This document shows, one piece after another, positions 45,401 through 54,298 of a stretch of DNA of 64,000 nucleotides. Position 1 is the first letter of the stretch. Each line of letters opens with the position of its first letter. The stretch is from the NCBI RefSeq assembly GCF_024700885.2, contig NZ_CP117016.1; one strand, 5' to 3'. The DNA is from Escherichia coli (lineage in GTDB: Bacteria > Pseudomonadota > Gammaproteobacteria > Enterobacterales > Enterobacteriaceae). Both the position numbers and the translations under genes were made by a program. Under the pieces are notes generated by a model. The model did no database searches. It was not told where the DNA came from and saw only the letters and a list, made by a program, of their open reading frames with translations.

Positions 45401-45597
45401 TGGGGACTTCCACTGCAGGCAGCGGGATGACGTTCTCTCCCTCACAGAATGGCACATCACTGGACCTGCAGGCCGGACTGGAAGCCCGTGTCCGGGAAAA
45501 TATCACCCTGGGCGTTCAGGCCGGTTATGCCCACAGCGTCAGCGGCAGCAGCGCTGAAGGGTATAACGGTCAGGCCACACTGAATGTGACCTTCTGA
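42479..45597 (+). pseudogene. flu: Antigen 43 self-associating autotransporter with an apparent 1-nt deletion frameshift near 44768-44771
   Basis: Start MKRHLNTCYRLVWNHITGAF; passenger and beta-barrel domains present, C-terminus …GQATLNVTF. The reading frame shifts after …GGIARG (window cgtgggccacg; the +1 frame continues TPESSGSYGFVRLEGDL…). Confidence 0.8.
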
Positions 45598-45711
45598 CAG
45601 AACCATCGCCTCTCTGTGGTCCCGGTCATCATGACCGGGACCCGGACCGGCGCAACGGATCTTCAACGCCACATTCGCTGGCATTAACAATAACATGATA
45701 TTCATCACGGA

Positions 45712-48234
45712 GTGACTATGTTACAGATAGTCGGCGCGCTGATCCTGCTGATCGCAGGATTTGCCATTCTTCGCCTTTTGTTCAGAGCATTAATCAGCAC
45801 GGCTTCTGCGCTGGCAGGGCTCATATTGCTGTGTCTGTTCGGCCCGGCCTTACTGGCTGGCTATATCACCGAACGCATAACCCGGTTGTTCCATATTCGC
45901 TGGCTGGCAGGCGTATTTCTGACGATTGCCGGAATGATCATCAGCTTCATGTGGGGACTTGATGGTAAACATATCGCGCTGGAGGCTCACACCTTTGACT
46001 CTGTGAAATTTATTCTGACCACCGCTCTCGCCGGTGGTCTGCTGGCTGTTCCCCTGCAGATCAAAAACATTCAGCAGAACGGGATCACACCAGAAGATAT
46101 CAGCAAGGAAATTAACGGGTATTACTGCTGTTTTTATACTGCCTTTTTCCTTATGGCGTGTTCTGCATGCGCACCATTGATCGCGTTACAGTACGATATT
46201 TCACCGTCACTGATGTGGTGGGGCGGGTTGTTGTACTGGCTGGCTGCATTAGTGACGCTGCTATGGGCGGCCAGCCAGATCCAGGCGCTGAAAAAACTGA
46301 CCTGTGCCATCAGCCAGACACTGGAAGAACAACCGGTGCTCAACAGTAAATCGTGGCTGACCAGTTTGCAAAACGATTACAGCCTTCCTGACTCACTGAC
46401 GGAGCGCATCTGGCTGACGCTCATTTCTCAACGGATTTCCCGGGGAGAGCTGAGGGAATTTGAACTGGCAGACGGAAACTGGTTACTGAACAATGCCTGG
46501 TATGAAAGAAACATGGCAGGGTTTAACGAACAGTTGAAAGAGAACCTGTCATTCACACCTGATGAACTGAAAACGCTCTTCCGGAACCGCCTGAATTTAT
46601 CACCGGAAGCGAATGACGATTTTCTCGATCGTTGCCTGGACGGCGGTGACTGGTATCCCTTTTCAGAAGGTCGCCGTTTTGTATCATTCCATCACGTGGA
46701 TGAGCTTCGTATCTGTGCCTCCTGCGGGCTGACAGAAGTACATCATGCCCCGGAAAATCATAAGCCGGATCCGGAATGGTACTGCTCCTCTCTTTGTCGC
46801 GAAACAGAAACACTGTGTCAGGAAATTTATGAACGCCCTTACAACAGCTTTATTTCCGATGCAACGGCGAATGGTCTGATTCTCATGAAACTGCCGGAAA
46901 CCTGGAGTACAAATGAGAAAATGTTTGCTTCCGGAGGGCAGGGACATGGGTTTGCCGCTGAACGGGGAAACCATATTGTCGACAGAGTCCGTCTGAAAAA
47001 CGCACGGATCCTCGGTGATAATAATGCCAGAAATGGAGCAGACAGACTGGTCAGCGGAACAGAAATCCAGACGAAATATTGTTCAACTGCAGCCCGTAGC
47101 GTCGGTGCGGCATTCGACGGACAAAACGGACAGTATCGTTACATGGGAAATAATGGCCCCATGCAACTGGAAGTCCCCCGTGATCAGTATGCCGGCGCTG
47201 TTGAAACCATGAGGAATAAGATCCGCGAAGGTAAAGTACCCGGTGTAACCGATCCCGCAGAAGCGTCCCGGCTGATTCGTCGGGGACATCTGACTTATAC
47301 TCAGGCCCGTAATATCACCCGGTTCGGGACCATCGAATCGGTCACTTATGATATTGCCGAGGGTTCGGTTGTCAGTCTGGCGGCCGGAGGGATCAGTTTT
47401 GCCCTGACGGCATCGGTCTTCTGGCTCAGCACCGGCGATCGCGATGCTGCCCTGCAGACAGCTGCTGTCCAGGCAGGAAAAACCTTCACCCGCACACTGG
47501 CTGTCTACATCACAACCCAGCAACTCCACCGGCTCAGTGTTGTTCAGGGTATGCTGAAGCACATTGATTTTTCGACTGCCAGCCCGACTGTCCGACTGGC
47601 TCTTCAGAAGGGGACCGGTGCAGGAAATATCAGTGCCCTGAACAAAGTAATGAAGGGTACGCTGGTGACATCTCTGGCACTGGTAGCTGTCACAACCGGC
47701 CCTGACATGATCAAAATGTTGCGGGGACGGATCTCCGGTGCGCAGTTCATCAGGAATCTTGCCGTGGCATCTTCCGGTGTGGCAGGTGGAGCTGTCGGGT
47801 CAGTGGCGGGCGGGATACTGTTCAGTCCACTGGGACCATTTGGTGCACTGACAGGGCGTGTGGTTGGCGGTGTTCTGGGGGGAATGATTGCCTCCGCTGT
47901 ATCAGGAAAAATTGCCGGAGCGCTGGTTGAAGAAGATCGCGTCAAAATTCTGGCAATGATTCAGGAGCAGGTGACATGGCTTGCCGGCAGTTTCCTGCTG
48001 ACCGGACATGAGATTGAAAATCTGAACGAGAATCTGGCCCGTGTTATCGATCAGAATGCTCTGGAGATCATTTTCGCCGCCGGTATACAACAACGGGCCG
48101 CGACCAATATGTTAATCAAACCACTGGTGGTCAGTATCATCAGGCAACGCCCCGTCATGGAATATGATGCATCCCATCTCGGCAATATGGTTAACCGACT
48201 GGAAGAAGCATTACCCCCGGAGTTACCGGCATAA
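45712..48234 (+). CDS. yeeR: YeeR-like inner-membrane protein, long form (840 aa)
   Basis: N-terminal multi-pass membrane region, then a large soluble domain and a C-terminal glycine-rich hydrophobic segment; position immediately after flu. ATG at 45718 is an alternative start. Confidence 0.65.
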   Translation: MTMLQIVGALILLIAGFAILRLLFRALISTASALAGLILLCLFGPALLAGYITERITRLFHIRWLAGVFLTIAGMIISFMWGLDGKHIALEAHTFDSVKFILTTALAGGLLAVPLQIKNIQQNGITPEDISKEINGYYCCFYTAFFLMACSACAPLIALQYDISPSLMWWGGLLYWLAALVTLLWAASQIQALKKLTCAISQTLEEQPVLNSKSWLTSLQNDYSLPDSLTERIWLTLISQRISRGELREFELADGNWLLNNAWYERNMAGFNEQLKENLSFTPDELKTLFRNRLNLSPEANDDFLDRCLDGGDWYPFSEGRRFVSFHHVDELRICASCGLTEVHHAPENHKPDPEWYCSSLCRETETLCQEIYERPYNSFISDATANGLILMKLPETWSTNEKMFASGGQGHGFAAERGNHIVDRVRLKNARILGDNNARNGADRLVSGTEIQTKYCSTAARSVGAAFDGQNGQYRYMGNNGPMQLEVPRDQYAGAVETMRNKIREGKVPGVTDPAEASRLIRRGHLTYTQARNITRFGTIESVTYDIAEGSVVSLAAGGISFALTASVFWLSTGDRDAALQTAAVQAGKTFTRTLAVYITTQQLHRLSVVQGMLKHIDFSTASPTVRLALQKGTGAGNISALNKVMKGTLVTSLALVAVTTGPDMIKMLRGRISGAQFIRNLAVASSGVAGGAVGSVAGGILFSPLGPFGALTGRVVGGVLGGMIASAVSGKIAGALVEEDRVKILAMIQEQVTWLAGSFLLTGHEIENLNENLARVIDQNALEIIFAAGIQQRAATNMLIKPLVVSIIRQRPVMEYDASHLGNMVNRLEEALPPELPA

Positions 48235-48309
48235 CGGCTATTCTGCGCCTTTTACGCTTTATCACCTGATTTGTCAGTGTCATCGTCATGACTCAGAGAG
48301 GTAAATACC

Positions 48310-48765
48310 ATGATTCACCTGTTCAAAACCTGCATGATTACCGCCTTCATTCTGGGGTTAACGTGGTCTGCCCCACTCCGGGCACAGGATCAACGTTACA
48401 TCAGTATACGCAATACAGATACGATATGGCTCCCGGGAAATATTTGTGCTTACCAGTTCCGGCTGGATAATGGCGGAAACGATGAAGGATTTGGCCCCCT
48501 CACCATCACTCTGCAACTCAAAGACAAATATGGTCAGACGCTGGTGACCAGAAAAATGGAAACGGAAGCCTTTGGTGACAGTAATGCCACGCGAACCACA
48601 GACGCATTTCTGGAAACGGAGTGCGTGGAAAATGTCGCCACAACCGAAATCATTAAAGCAACTGAAGAAAGTAACGGCCATCGTGTCAGTCTGCCGTTAT
48701 CGGTTTTCAATCCCCAGGACTACCATCCACTGCTGATTACCGTTTCCGGAAAAAACGTTAACTGA
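48310..48765 (+). CDS. Hypothetical secreted protein (151 aa)
   Basis: Signal peptide MIHLFKTCMITAFILGLTWSAPLRAQ; AGAGAGG RBS. Confidence 0.5.
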   Translation: MIHLFKTCMITAFILGLTWSAPLRAQDQRYISIRNTDTIWLPGNICAYQFRLDNGGNDEGFGPLTITLQLKDKYGQTLVTRKMETEAFGDSNATRTTDAFLETECVENVATTEIIKATEESNGHRVSLPLSVFNPQDYHPLLITVSGKNVN

Positions 48766-48843
48766 TCCCTGAAGTCAGTTTCATGCTTCAGCCTCTGTCA
48801 CAACGCGTGGCAGAGGCTTTTTATTTATCAGGAGAAAACAGAT

Positions 48844-49077
48844 ATGCCGGGTTACACAGAGTATGTCCTGGCTGAAGGATCTTTCTCATACGGGCAGGCG
48901 GTTGCTGTCATAACCGCTTACCGCAATGTGTTTATCCAGGATGACCCGGGAATGCATTTCCGTCGGGTTATCCGCAACGCGGAAGGTCAGCGACGCTGGC
49001 GCTGCCGGAATTCTGAACCCGATGCCGGAAAGGTGCTTAATACGCGGCTCGCCAGTGACGGTCTTCTCAGACAATAA
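48844..49077 (+). CDS. DUF905-like small protein (YkfF/YpjJ-like)
   Basis: 77 aa; resemblance to small proteins of CP4-type islands recalled from memory; GGAGAA RBS. Confidence 0.45.
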   Translation: MPGYTEYVLAEGSFSYGQAVAVITAYRNVFIQDDPGMHFRRVIRNAEGQRRWRCRNSEPDAGKVLNTRLASDGLLRQ

Positions 49078-49176
49078 ACGTCATTCATTTCACCCATCAG
49101 GCCGCGTCTTCTCCGGGAGACGTGGCTTTTTCATTTATTACACCAGTAAATCTTAACCACCGATAAGGAGCAAATT

Positions 49177-49995
49177 ATGCGACTAGCCAGTCGTTTTGGT
49201 TATGCGAACCAGATACGCCGTGACCGTCCGCTGACACACGAAGAACTGATGCACTATGTGCCGGGGATTTTCGGGGAAGATAAACACACGTCCCGAAGCC
49301 AGAACTATACGTACATCCCCACCATCACCGTACTGGAAAGCCTGCAGCGGGAAGGCTTTCAGCCATTCTTCGCCTGCCAGACCCGTGTGCGCGACCCGGG
49401 CCGCCGGGGATACACAAAACACATGCTGCGTCTGCGGCGGGCCGGAGAGATAAACGGAGAACATGTCCCTGAAATTATTCTGCTCAACTCTCATGACGGT
49501 ACCTCCAGCTACCAGATGCTGCCGGGGTACTTCAGGTTCGTCTGCCAGAACGGCTGCGTCTGTGGTCAGTCTCTGGGGGAAGTACGTGTTCCGCACCGGG
49601 GAAATGTGGTGGACAGAGTCATTGAAGGGGCTTACGAGGTGGTGGGCGTGTTTGACCGGATAGAGGAGAAGCGTGATGCCATGCAGTCGCTGGTCCTGCC
49701 GCCACCGGCACGCCAGGCGCTGGCACAGGCGGCACTGACTTACCGTTATGGTGACGAACATCAGCCCGTCACCACCGCCGACATTCTGACGCCGCGACGC
49801 CGGGAGGATTACGGTAAGGACCTGTGGAGCGCATATCAGACCATCCAGGAGAATATGCTGAAAGGCGGGATTTCCGGTCGCAGTGCAAAAGGAAAACGTA
49901 TCCATACCCGGGCCATTCACAGCATTGATACCGACATTAAGCTCAATCGCGCATTGTGGGTGATGGCAGAAACGATGCTGGAGAGCCTGCGCTGA
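49177..49995 (+). CDS. DUF932-domain protein (YafZ/YfjQ-like)
   Basis: 272 aa; typical member of the CP4-island conserved gene set; AGGAG RBS. Confidence 0.65.
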   Translation: MRLASRFGYANQIRRDRPLTHEELMHYVPGIFGEDKHTSRSQNYTYIPTITVLESLQREGFQPFFACQTRVRDPGRRGYTKHMLRLRRAGEINGEHVPEIILLNSHDGTSSYQMLPGYFRFVCQNGCVCGQSLGEVRVPHRGNVVDRVIEGAYEVVGVFDRIEEKRDAMQSLVLPPPARQALAQAALTYRYGDEHQPVTTADILTPRRREDYGKDLWSAYQTIQENMLKGGISGRSAKGKRIHTRAIHSIDTDIKLNRALWVMAETMLESLR

Positions 49996-50076
49996 TGCCG
50001 TTTCCCTGAGTGAGGGAATCATTCAGCTTTCGTTCCTGAAAAACACACATTTATTTGTTATTTAAGGAGTTATCTC

Positions 50077-50556
50077 ATGAAAACCGTTTCTCAGAATACC
50101 CCCACAATTTATTCAGCTACAACACCAGAGAATAATCCGCCTCAGTTGGTTGCCAGCCTCGTCCCTGATGAACAGCGCATCAGCTTCTGGCCGCAGCATT
50201 TTGGCCTCATTCCACAGTGGGTGACCCTGGAGCCCCGTGTCTTCGGCTGGATGGACCGTCTGTGCGAAGACTACTGCGGTGGTATCTGGAATCTGTACAC
50301 CCTGAACAACGGCGGGGCATTTATGGCACCCGAACCGGATGACGATGATGACGAAACATGGGTACTGTTCAATGCCATGAACGGTAACCGCGCAGAAATG
50401 AGCCCGGAAGCCGCCGGTATTGCCGCCTGTCTGATGACGTACAGTCATCATGCCTGTCGTACGGAGAATTATGCCATGACGGTCCATTATTACCGGTTGC
50501 GGGATTACGCCCTGCAGCATCCGGAATGCAGCGCCATTATGCGCATCATCGACTGA
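50077..50556 (+). CDS. Antirestriction protein (ArdB/KlcA family; YfjX/YafX-like)
   Basis: 159 aa with an acidic stretch (PEPDDDDDETW) and ArdB-like architecture. Confidence 0.65.
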   Translation: MKTVSQNTPTIYSATTPENNPPQLVASLVPDEQRISFWPQHFGLIPQWVTLEPRVFGWMDRLCEDYCGGIWNLYTLNNGGAFMAPEPDDDDDETWVLFNAMNGNRAEMSPEAAGIAACLMTYSHHACRTENYAMTVHYYRLRDYALQHPECSAIMRIID

Positions 50557-50571
50557 ATGGAGAGAAGCACA

Positions 50572-51048
50572 ATGCAACAACTTTCCTTTCTGCCCGGAGA
50601 GATGACGCCCGGCGAGCGCAGCCTCATTCAACGGGCCCTGAAAACCCTGGACCGCCATCTTCATGAACCCGGCGTGGCCTTCACCTCCACCCGTGCGGCA
50701 CGGGAATGGCTGATTCTGAACATGGCGGGACTGGAGCGTGAAGAGTTCCGGGTGCTGTATCTGAATAACCAGAATCAGCTGATTGCCGGTGAAACCCTCT
50801 TCACCGGCACCATCAACCGCACGGAAGTCCATCCCCGGGAAGTGATTAAACGCGCCCTGTACCACAATGCCGCTGCCGTGGTACTGGCACACAATCACCC
50901 GTCCGGTGAAGTCACACCCAGTAAGGCAGACCGGCTTATCACCGAACGTCTGGTACAGGCACTGGGCCTGGTGGATATCCGGGTGCCGGACCATCTGATA
51001 GTCGGTGGCAACCAGGTTTTCTCCTTTGCCGAACATGGTCTGCTTTAA
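50572..51048 (+). CDS. yeeS: RadC-like JAB-domain protein
   Basis: JAMM motif HNHPSGEVTPSKAD; start MQQLSFLPGEM with GGAGAG RBS. Confidence 0.8.
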   Translation: MQQLSFLPGEMTPGERSLIQRALKTLDRHLHEPGVAFTSTRAAREWLILNMAGLEREEFRVLYLNNQNQLIAGETLFTGTINRTEVHPREVIKRALYHNAAAVVLAHNHPSGEVTPSKADRLITERLVQALGLVDIRVPDHLIVGGNQVFSFAEHGLL

Positions 51049-51110
51049 CCCTTCACAACCACATCACACCTGTTTTCACTTTTATCTTCTGTCTTCAGAG
51101 GTATCCCATT

Positions 51111-51332
51111 ATGAAAATTATCACCCGTGGTGAAGCCATGCGTATTCACCAACAACATCCGACATCCCGTCTTTTTCCGTTCTGTACCGGTAAATACCGC
51201 TGGCACGGCAGTGCTGAAGCGTATACCGGTCGTGAAGTGCAGGATATTCCCGGTGTGCTGGCCGTGTTTGCTGAACGCCGTAAGGACAGTTTTGGTCCGT
51301 ATGTCCGGCTGATGAGCGTCACCCTGAACTGA
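51111..51332 (+). CDS. yeeT: DUF987-family protein
   Basis: 73 aa from MKIITRGEAMRIHQQHP; conserved position upstream of cbeA. Confidence 0.7.
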   Translation: MKIITRGEAMRIHQQHPTSRLFPFCTGKYRWHGSAEAYTGREVQDIPGVLAVFAERRKDSFGPYVRLMSVTLN

Positions 51333-51405
51333 GTGGGAATTCTGATGAGCAGAATTATCGCCACTACCGGACCATTCTTAGCCGATTTTCTGTAAGGATT
51401 TTATC

Positions 51406-51774
51406 GTGTCAGACACACTCCCCGGGACAACACTTCCCGACGACAATCACGACCGCCCCTGGTGGGGGCTGCCCTGCACCGTGACGCCCTGTTTCGGGGC
51501 ACGTCTGGTGCAGGAGGGTAACCGGTTGCATTACCTTGCCGACCGCGCCGGTATCAGAGGCCTGTTCAGCGATGCAGATGCGTACCACCTGGACCAGGCC
51601 TTTCCGCTGCTGATGAAACAACTGGAACTCATGCTCACCAGCGGTGAACTGAATCCCCGCCATCAGCATACCGTCACGCTGTATGCAAAAGGGCTGACCT
51701 GCAAAGCCGATACCCTCAGCAGTTGTGGTTACGTTTATCTGGCTGTTTATCCGACGCCCGAAATGAAAAATTAA
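51406..51774 (+). CDS. cbeA: Type IV antitoxin CbeA (cytoskeleton bundling-enhancing factor)
   Basis: 122 aa from MSDTLPGTTLPDDNHDRPWWGL; immediately upstream of the cbtA remnant. Confidence 0.8.
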   Translation: MSDTLPGTTLPDDNHDRPWWGLPCTVTPCFGARLVQEGNRLHYLADRAGIRGLFSDADAYHLDQAFPLLMKQLELMLTSGELNPRHQHTVTLYAKGLTCKADTLSSCGYVYLAVYPTPEMKN

Positions 51775-51862
51775 CTCTCCAGAATAGCCTTCTGCTACGG
51801 CCTGGTGTTTTCACCACGCCACTTTTCCATTTTTATATCTGCATATCAGGAAAATCTTCAGT

Positions 51863-52054
51863 ATGAAAACATTACCTGTATTACCCGGGCAGGCGGCCAG
51901 TTCTCGCCCGTCTCCTGTTGAAATCTGGCAGATACTGCTGTCCCGACTGCTGGACCAGCACTATGGCCTCACACTGAATGACACACCTTTTGCCGATGAA
52001 CGTGTGATTGAGCAGCATATTGAGGCAGGCATTTCACTGTGTGATGCGGTGAAC
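51863..52054 (+). pseudogene. cbtA: CbtA toxin gene truncated after codon 64 by insertion of a Mu-like prophage
   Basis: N-terminal 64 residues [64 protein letters not shown] are intact; the sequence then switches abruptly to a phage-end sequence starting TGATGCGCC at 52055. Confidence 0.8.
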
Positions 52055-52132
52055 TGATGCGCCGCGCGATAAATGCACTCTATCTTGTGCGATAAATGGC
52101 ATCCACGCGGCGTTTCATTATTTGAAAAAGAA

Positions 52133-52705
52133 TTACATTTCAGGTTGCGTTATGACAGTCCCAACAGGGTGATAGCGGTAGATCGTTGACAGTCCAATAT
52201 CATAGATAATTGCCAGCCGCTTTCTGTCATACCCTTTCTGGAGCAATCTTGCGATCTGCTCATGCTGCTCCTTCGTCAGTTTCGGGCGACGTCCTCCAAC
52301 TCTTCCTTGTGCTCGCGCAGCAGCCAGTCCAGCCAGCGTGCGCTCAACTATCAGTTCACGCTCCATTTCTGCCAGTGCACCCATCATATGAAAAAAGAAC
52401 CTTCCCATCGGAGTGCTGGTATCGATTGAATCCGTCAGACTGCGAAAATTGACACCTTTTGCGCGTAGCTCTTCTGTGAGAGCAATGAGGTGTTTCATTC
52501 TTCTACCCAACCGATCCAGCTTCCAGACCACCAATGTATCCCCTCTTTTAAGGCACTTTAAAGCGCGTTTCAGGCCTGGTCGTTCCGACTTGGTTCCGCT
52601 CATTTTGTCCTCAAAAATCTGTTCACATCCTGCGCACATTAATGCATTGCGTTGCAAATCTGTGTTTTGGTCATTTGTTGACACACGTATGTAGCCAATC
52701 AGCAT
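52133..52705 (-). CDS. Serine recombinase, DNA invertase of the Gin/Pin/Hin/Cin family
   Basis: 190 aa from MLIGYIRVSTNDQNTDLQRNAL (catalytic Ser in YIRVST), C-terminal HTH; AAGGGAG RBS. The ORF-track extension to 52834 is discounted. Confidence 0.8.
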   Translation of the reverse strand: MLIGYIRVSTNDQNTDLQRNALMCAGCEQIFEDKMSGTKSERPGLKRALKCLKRGDTLVVWKLDRLGRRMKHLIALTEELRAKGVNFRSLTDSIDTSTPMGRFFFHMMGALAEMERELIVERTLAGLAAARAQGRVGGRRPKLTKEQHEQIARLLQKGYDRKRLAIIYDIGLSTIYRYHPVGTVITQPEM

Positions 52706-52776
52706 TAAAAATACTCCCTTTTGAGTGGTTAAAGTACTGAGATAATGTGGGGAGGATTTGAGAGATAAACGTTGGT

Positions 52777-53205
52777 TTGGGGGAAGGCTCGGCGCTGCCC
52801 GTTGGTGTACCTGTTCCGTGGCCCACTGCCACACCGCCAGCAGGCTGGTTAAAGTGCGACGGGCGCGCCTTTACAAAAGAACAATATCCTGTTCTGGCCA
52901 GAGTCTACCCGACCCTCCGTCTTCCCGATTTGCGCGGTGAGTTTATCCGTGGATGGGACGACGGGCGAAAAGTGGATACAGGGCGCGATCTGCTTTCACG
53001 GCAGGATGGTACAAGTTTTTCTCATTACGCAGGTAATTTTGACATTGGGTCTGGTCATTCAATCAATAACTATGACCAAATCCTTGACAACCAACCTGGA
53101 TTCTCCCGTTTTTCATTTGCAGGTCCTTCGCGAGGCGATGGGGTTAATTATGTGACCATTCGTCCCCGTAACATTGCGTTTAATTACATCGTAAGGGCGG
53201 CATAG
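52777..53205 (+). other. Promoterless alternative tail-fibre C-terminal cassette B (no start codon of its own), inverted relative to the tail-fibre gene
   Basis: Begins with the same ~200-bp block (GEGSALPVGVPVPWPTATPPAGWLKCDGRAFTKEQYPVLARVYPTLRLPDLRGEFIRGWD) as the 3' part of the tail-fibre gene, then diverges and ends …RPRNIAFNYIVRAA. Confidence 0.6.
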
Positions 53206-53215
53206 AAACGTTGGT

Positions 53216-53677
53216 TTGGGGGAAGGCTCTGCATTGCCTGTTGGTGTACCGGTTCCATGGCCCACCGCCACACCGCCAGCAGGCTGGTTACAGTGCAACG
53301 GAGCTACGTTCACCAAAGAACAATATCCTGTTCTGGCCAGAGTCTACCCGACCCTCCGTCTTCCCGATTTGCGCGGTGAGTTTATCCGTGGATGGGACGG
53401 TGGTCGCAAGGTTGATACCGGGCGTGCGCTACTTTCATTTCAGGAAGGGACTATCGTATCCGGTTTTGATGATAATGATACCGGAGATATCAGTTCGCTC
53501 GGCTCTACACAATACGGATTTGGTGACGCTTTAACCTCTAATCAACTGGGGGTCTTAAATGGCAAAAAGTGGATATTTGATGCATCCTCTAAAGGTGCAC
53601 AAAGATATGACTGGTGGGCTTATGTATCAGCTCGCCCCCGCAATATCGCATTTAACTATATCGTGAGGGCGGCGTGA
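53216..53677 (+). other. Promoterless alternative tail-fibre C-terminal cassette C
   Basis: Same conserved block as cassette B with a different variable region; ends …RPRNIAFNYIVRAA. Confidence 0.6.
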
Positions 53678-53683
53678 TACCGT

Positions 53684-54298
53684 TCAGCCGGCAAGCGCCA
53701 GTGGCGCTTCCGGCCAGCTGATTTCAGGTGCCTTGCTGATATCCAGTGCGTTCAGCTCGTCGATATAATCCAGCACGGCGTTCAGTTTTGCCGTTTCTTC
53801 TGGTTTCAGACTGCGACCAGCACGCAGTTTGAGGTTGATAAGATCGACGGACGCCATCGCCTGTTTCACCCGTTGCTGGCGTTGCTGTCTGGCAACCTCC
53901 AGTTCTGCGGCTCGCTGCCGTTCAGTATCGGTTACCCACGCCTCACCGTTCCAGGTATCCCATGGCGTGGCTGGCTGTTTTGTGGTGGTGTCCGCCGGGT
54001 AATCACCCGGTTGGGTAATCAGAACGGGGTTACCGTTCTCCGTGCTGTATACCGTCTCGCCGCGGTGATCAGGCACATGCTCCCACCCGTTCAGCGTGGC
54101 AGTCCGGCAAACCACGTAACCCGAAATTGCTTCCGGCGGTGCATCGGCGCACGAATGTGCCGGAGTACCCACCCCAAGGGCGAGATACTCCACAGAGGAT
54201 GAGGTGTATTCCCGGGTTTCCTCGTCATAGTGATATACAGTGATATCGCCCGCTACAGTGGCGATACCGTTTTCATCCAGAACTGCAGTGTTACTCAT
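53684..54298 (-). CDS. Tail fibre assembly protein (Tfa; Mu U-like)
   Basis: 204 aa immediately downstream of the tail-fibre gene with ATGA overlap. Confidence 0.75.
   Translation of the reverse strand: MSNTAVLDENGIATVAGDITVYHYDEETREYTSSSVEYLALGVGTPAHSCADAPPEAISGYVVCRTATLNGWEHVPDHRGETVYSTENGNPVLITQPGDYPADTTTKQPATPWDTWNGEAWVTDTERQRAAELEVARQQRQQRVKQAMASVDLINLKLRAGRSLKPEETAKLNAVLDYIDELNALDISKAPEISWPEAPLALAG

Noticed and set aside
49183-50022. 279-codon minus-strand ORF
   Set aside because: Antisense to the DUF932 gene.
50113-51036. 307-codon minus-strand ORF
   Set aside because: Antisense to the antirestriction and radC-like genes.
52706-52834. N-terminal extension of the invertase ORF
   Set aside because: It overlaps the crossover/homology block of cassette B; the start at 52705 has a proper RBS and gives a 190-aa invertase.
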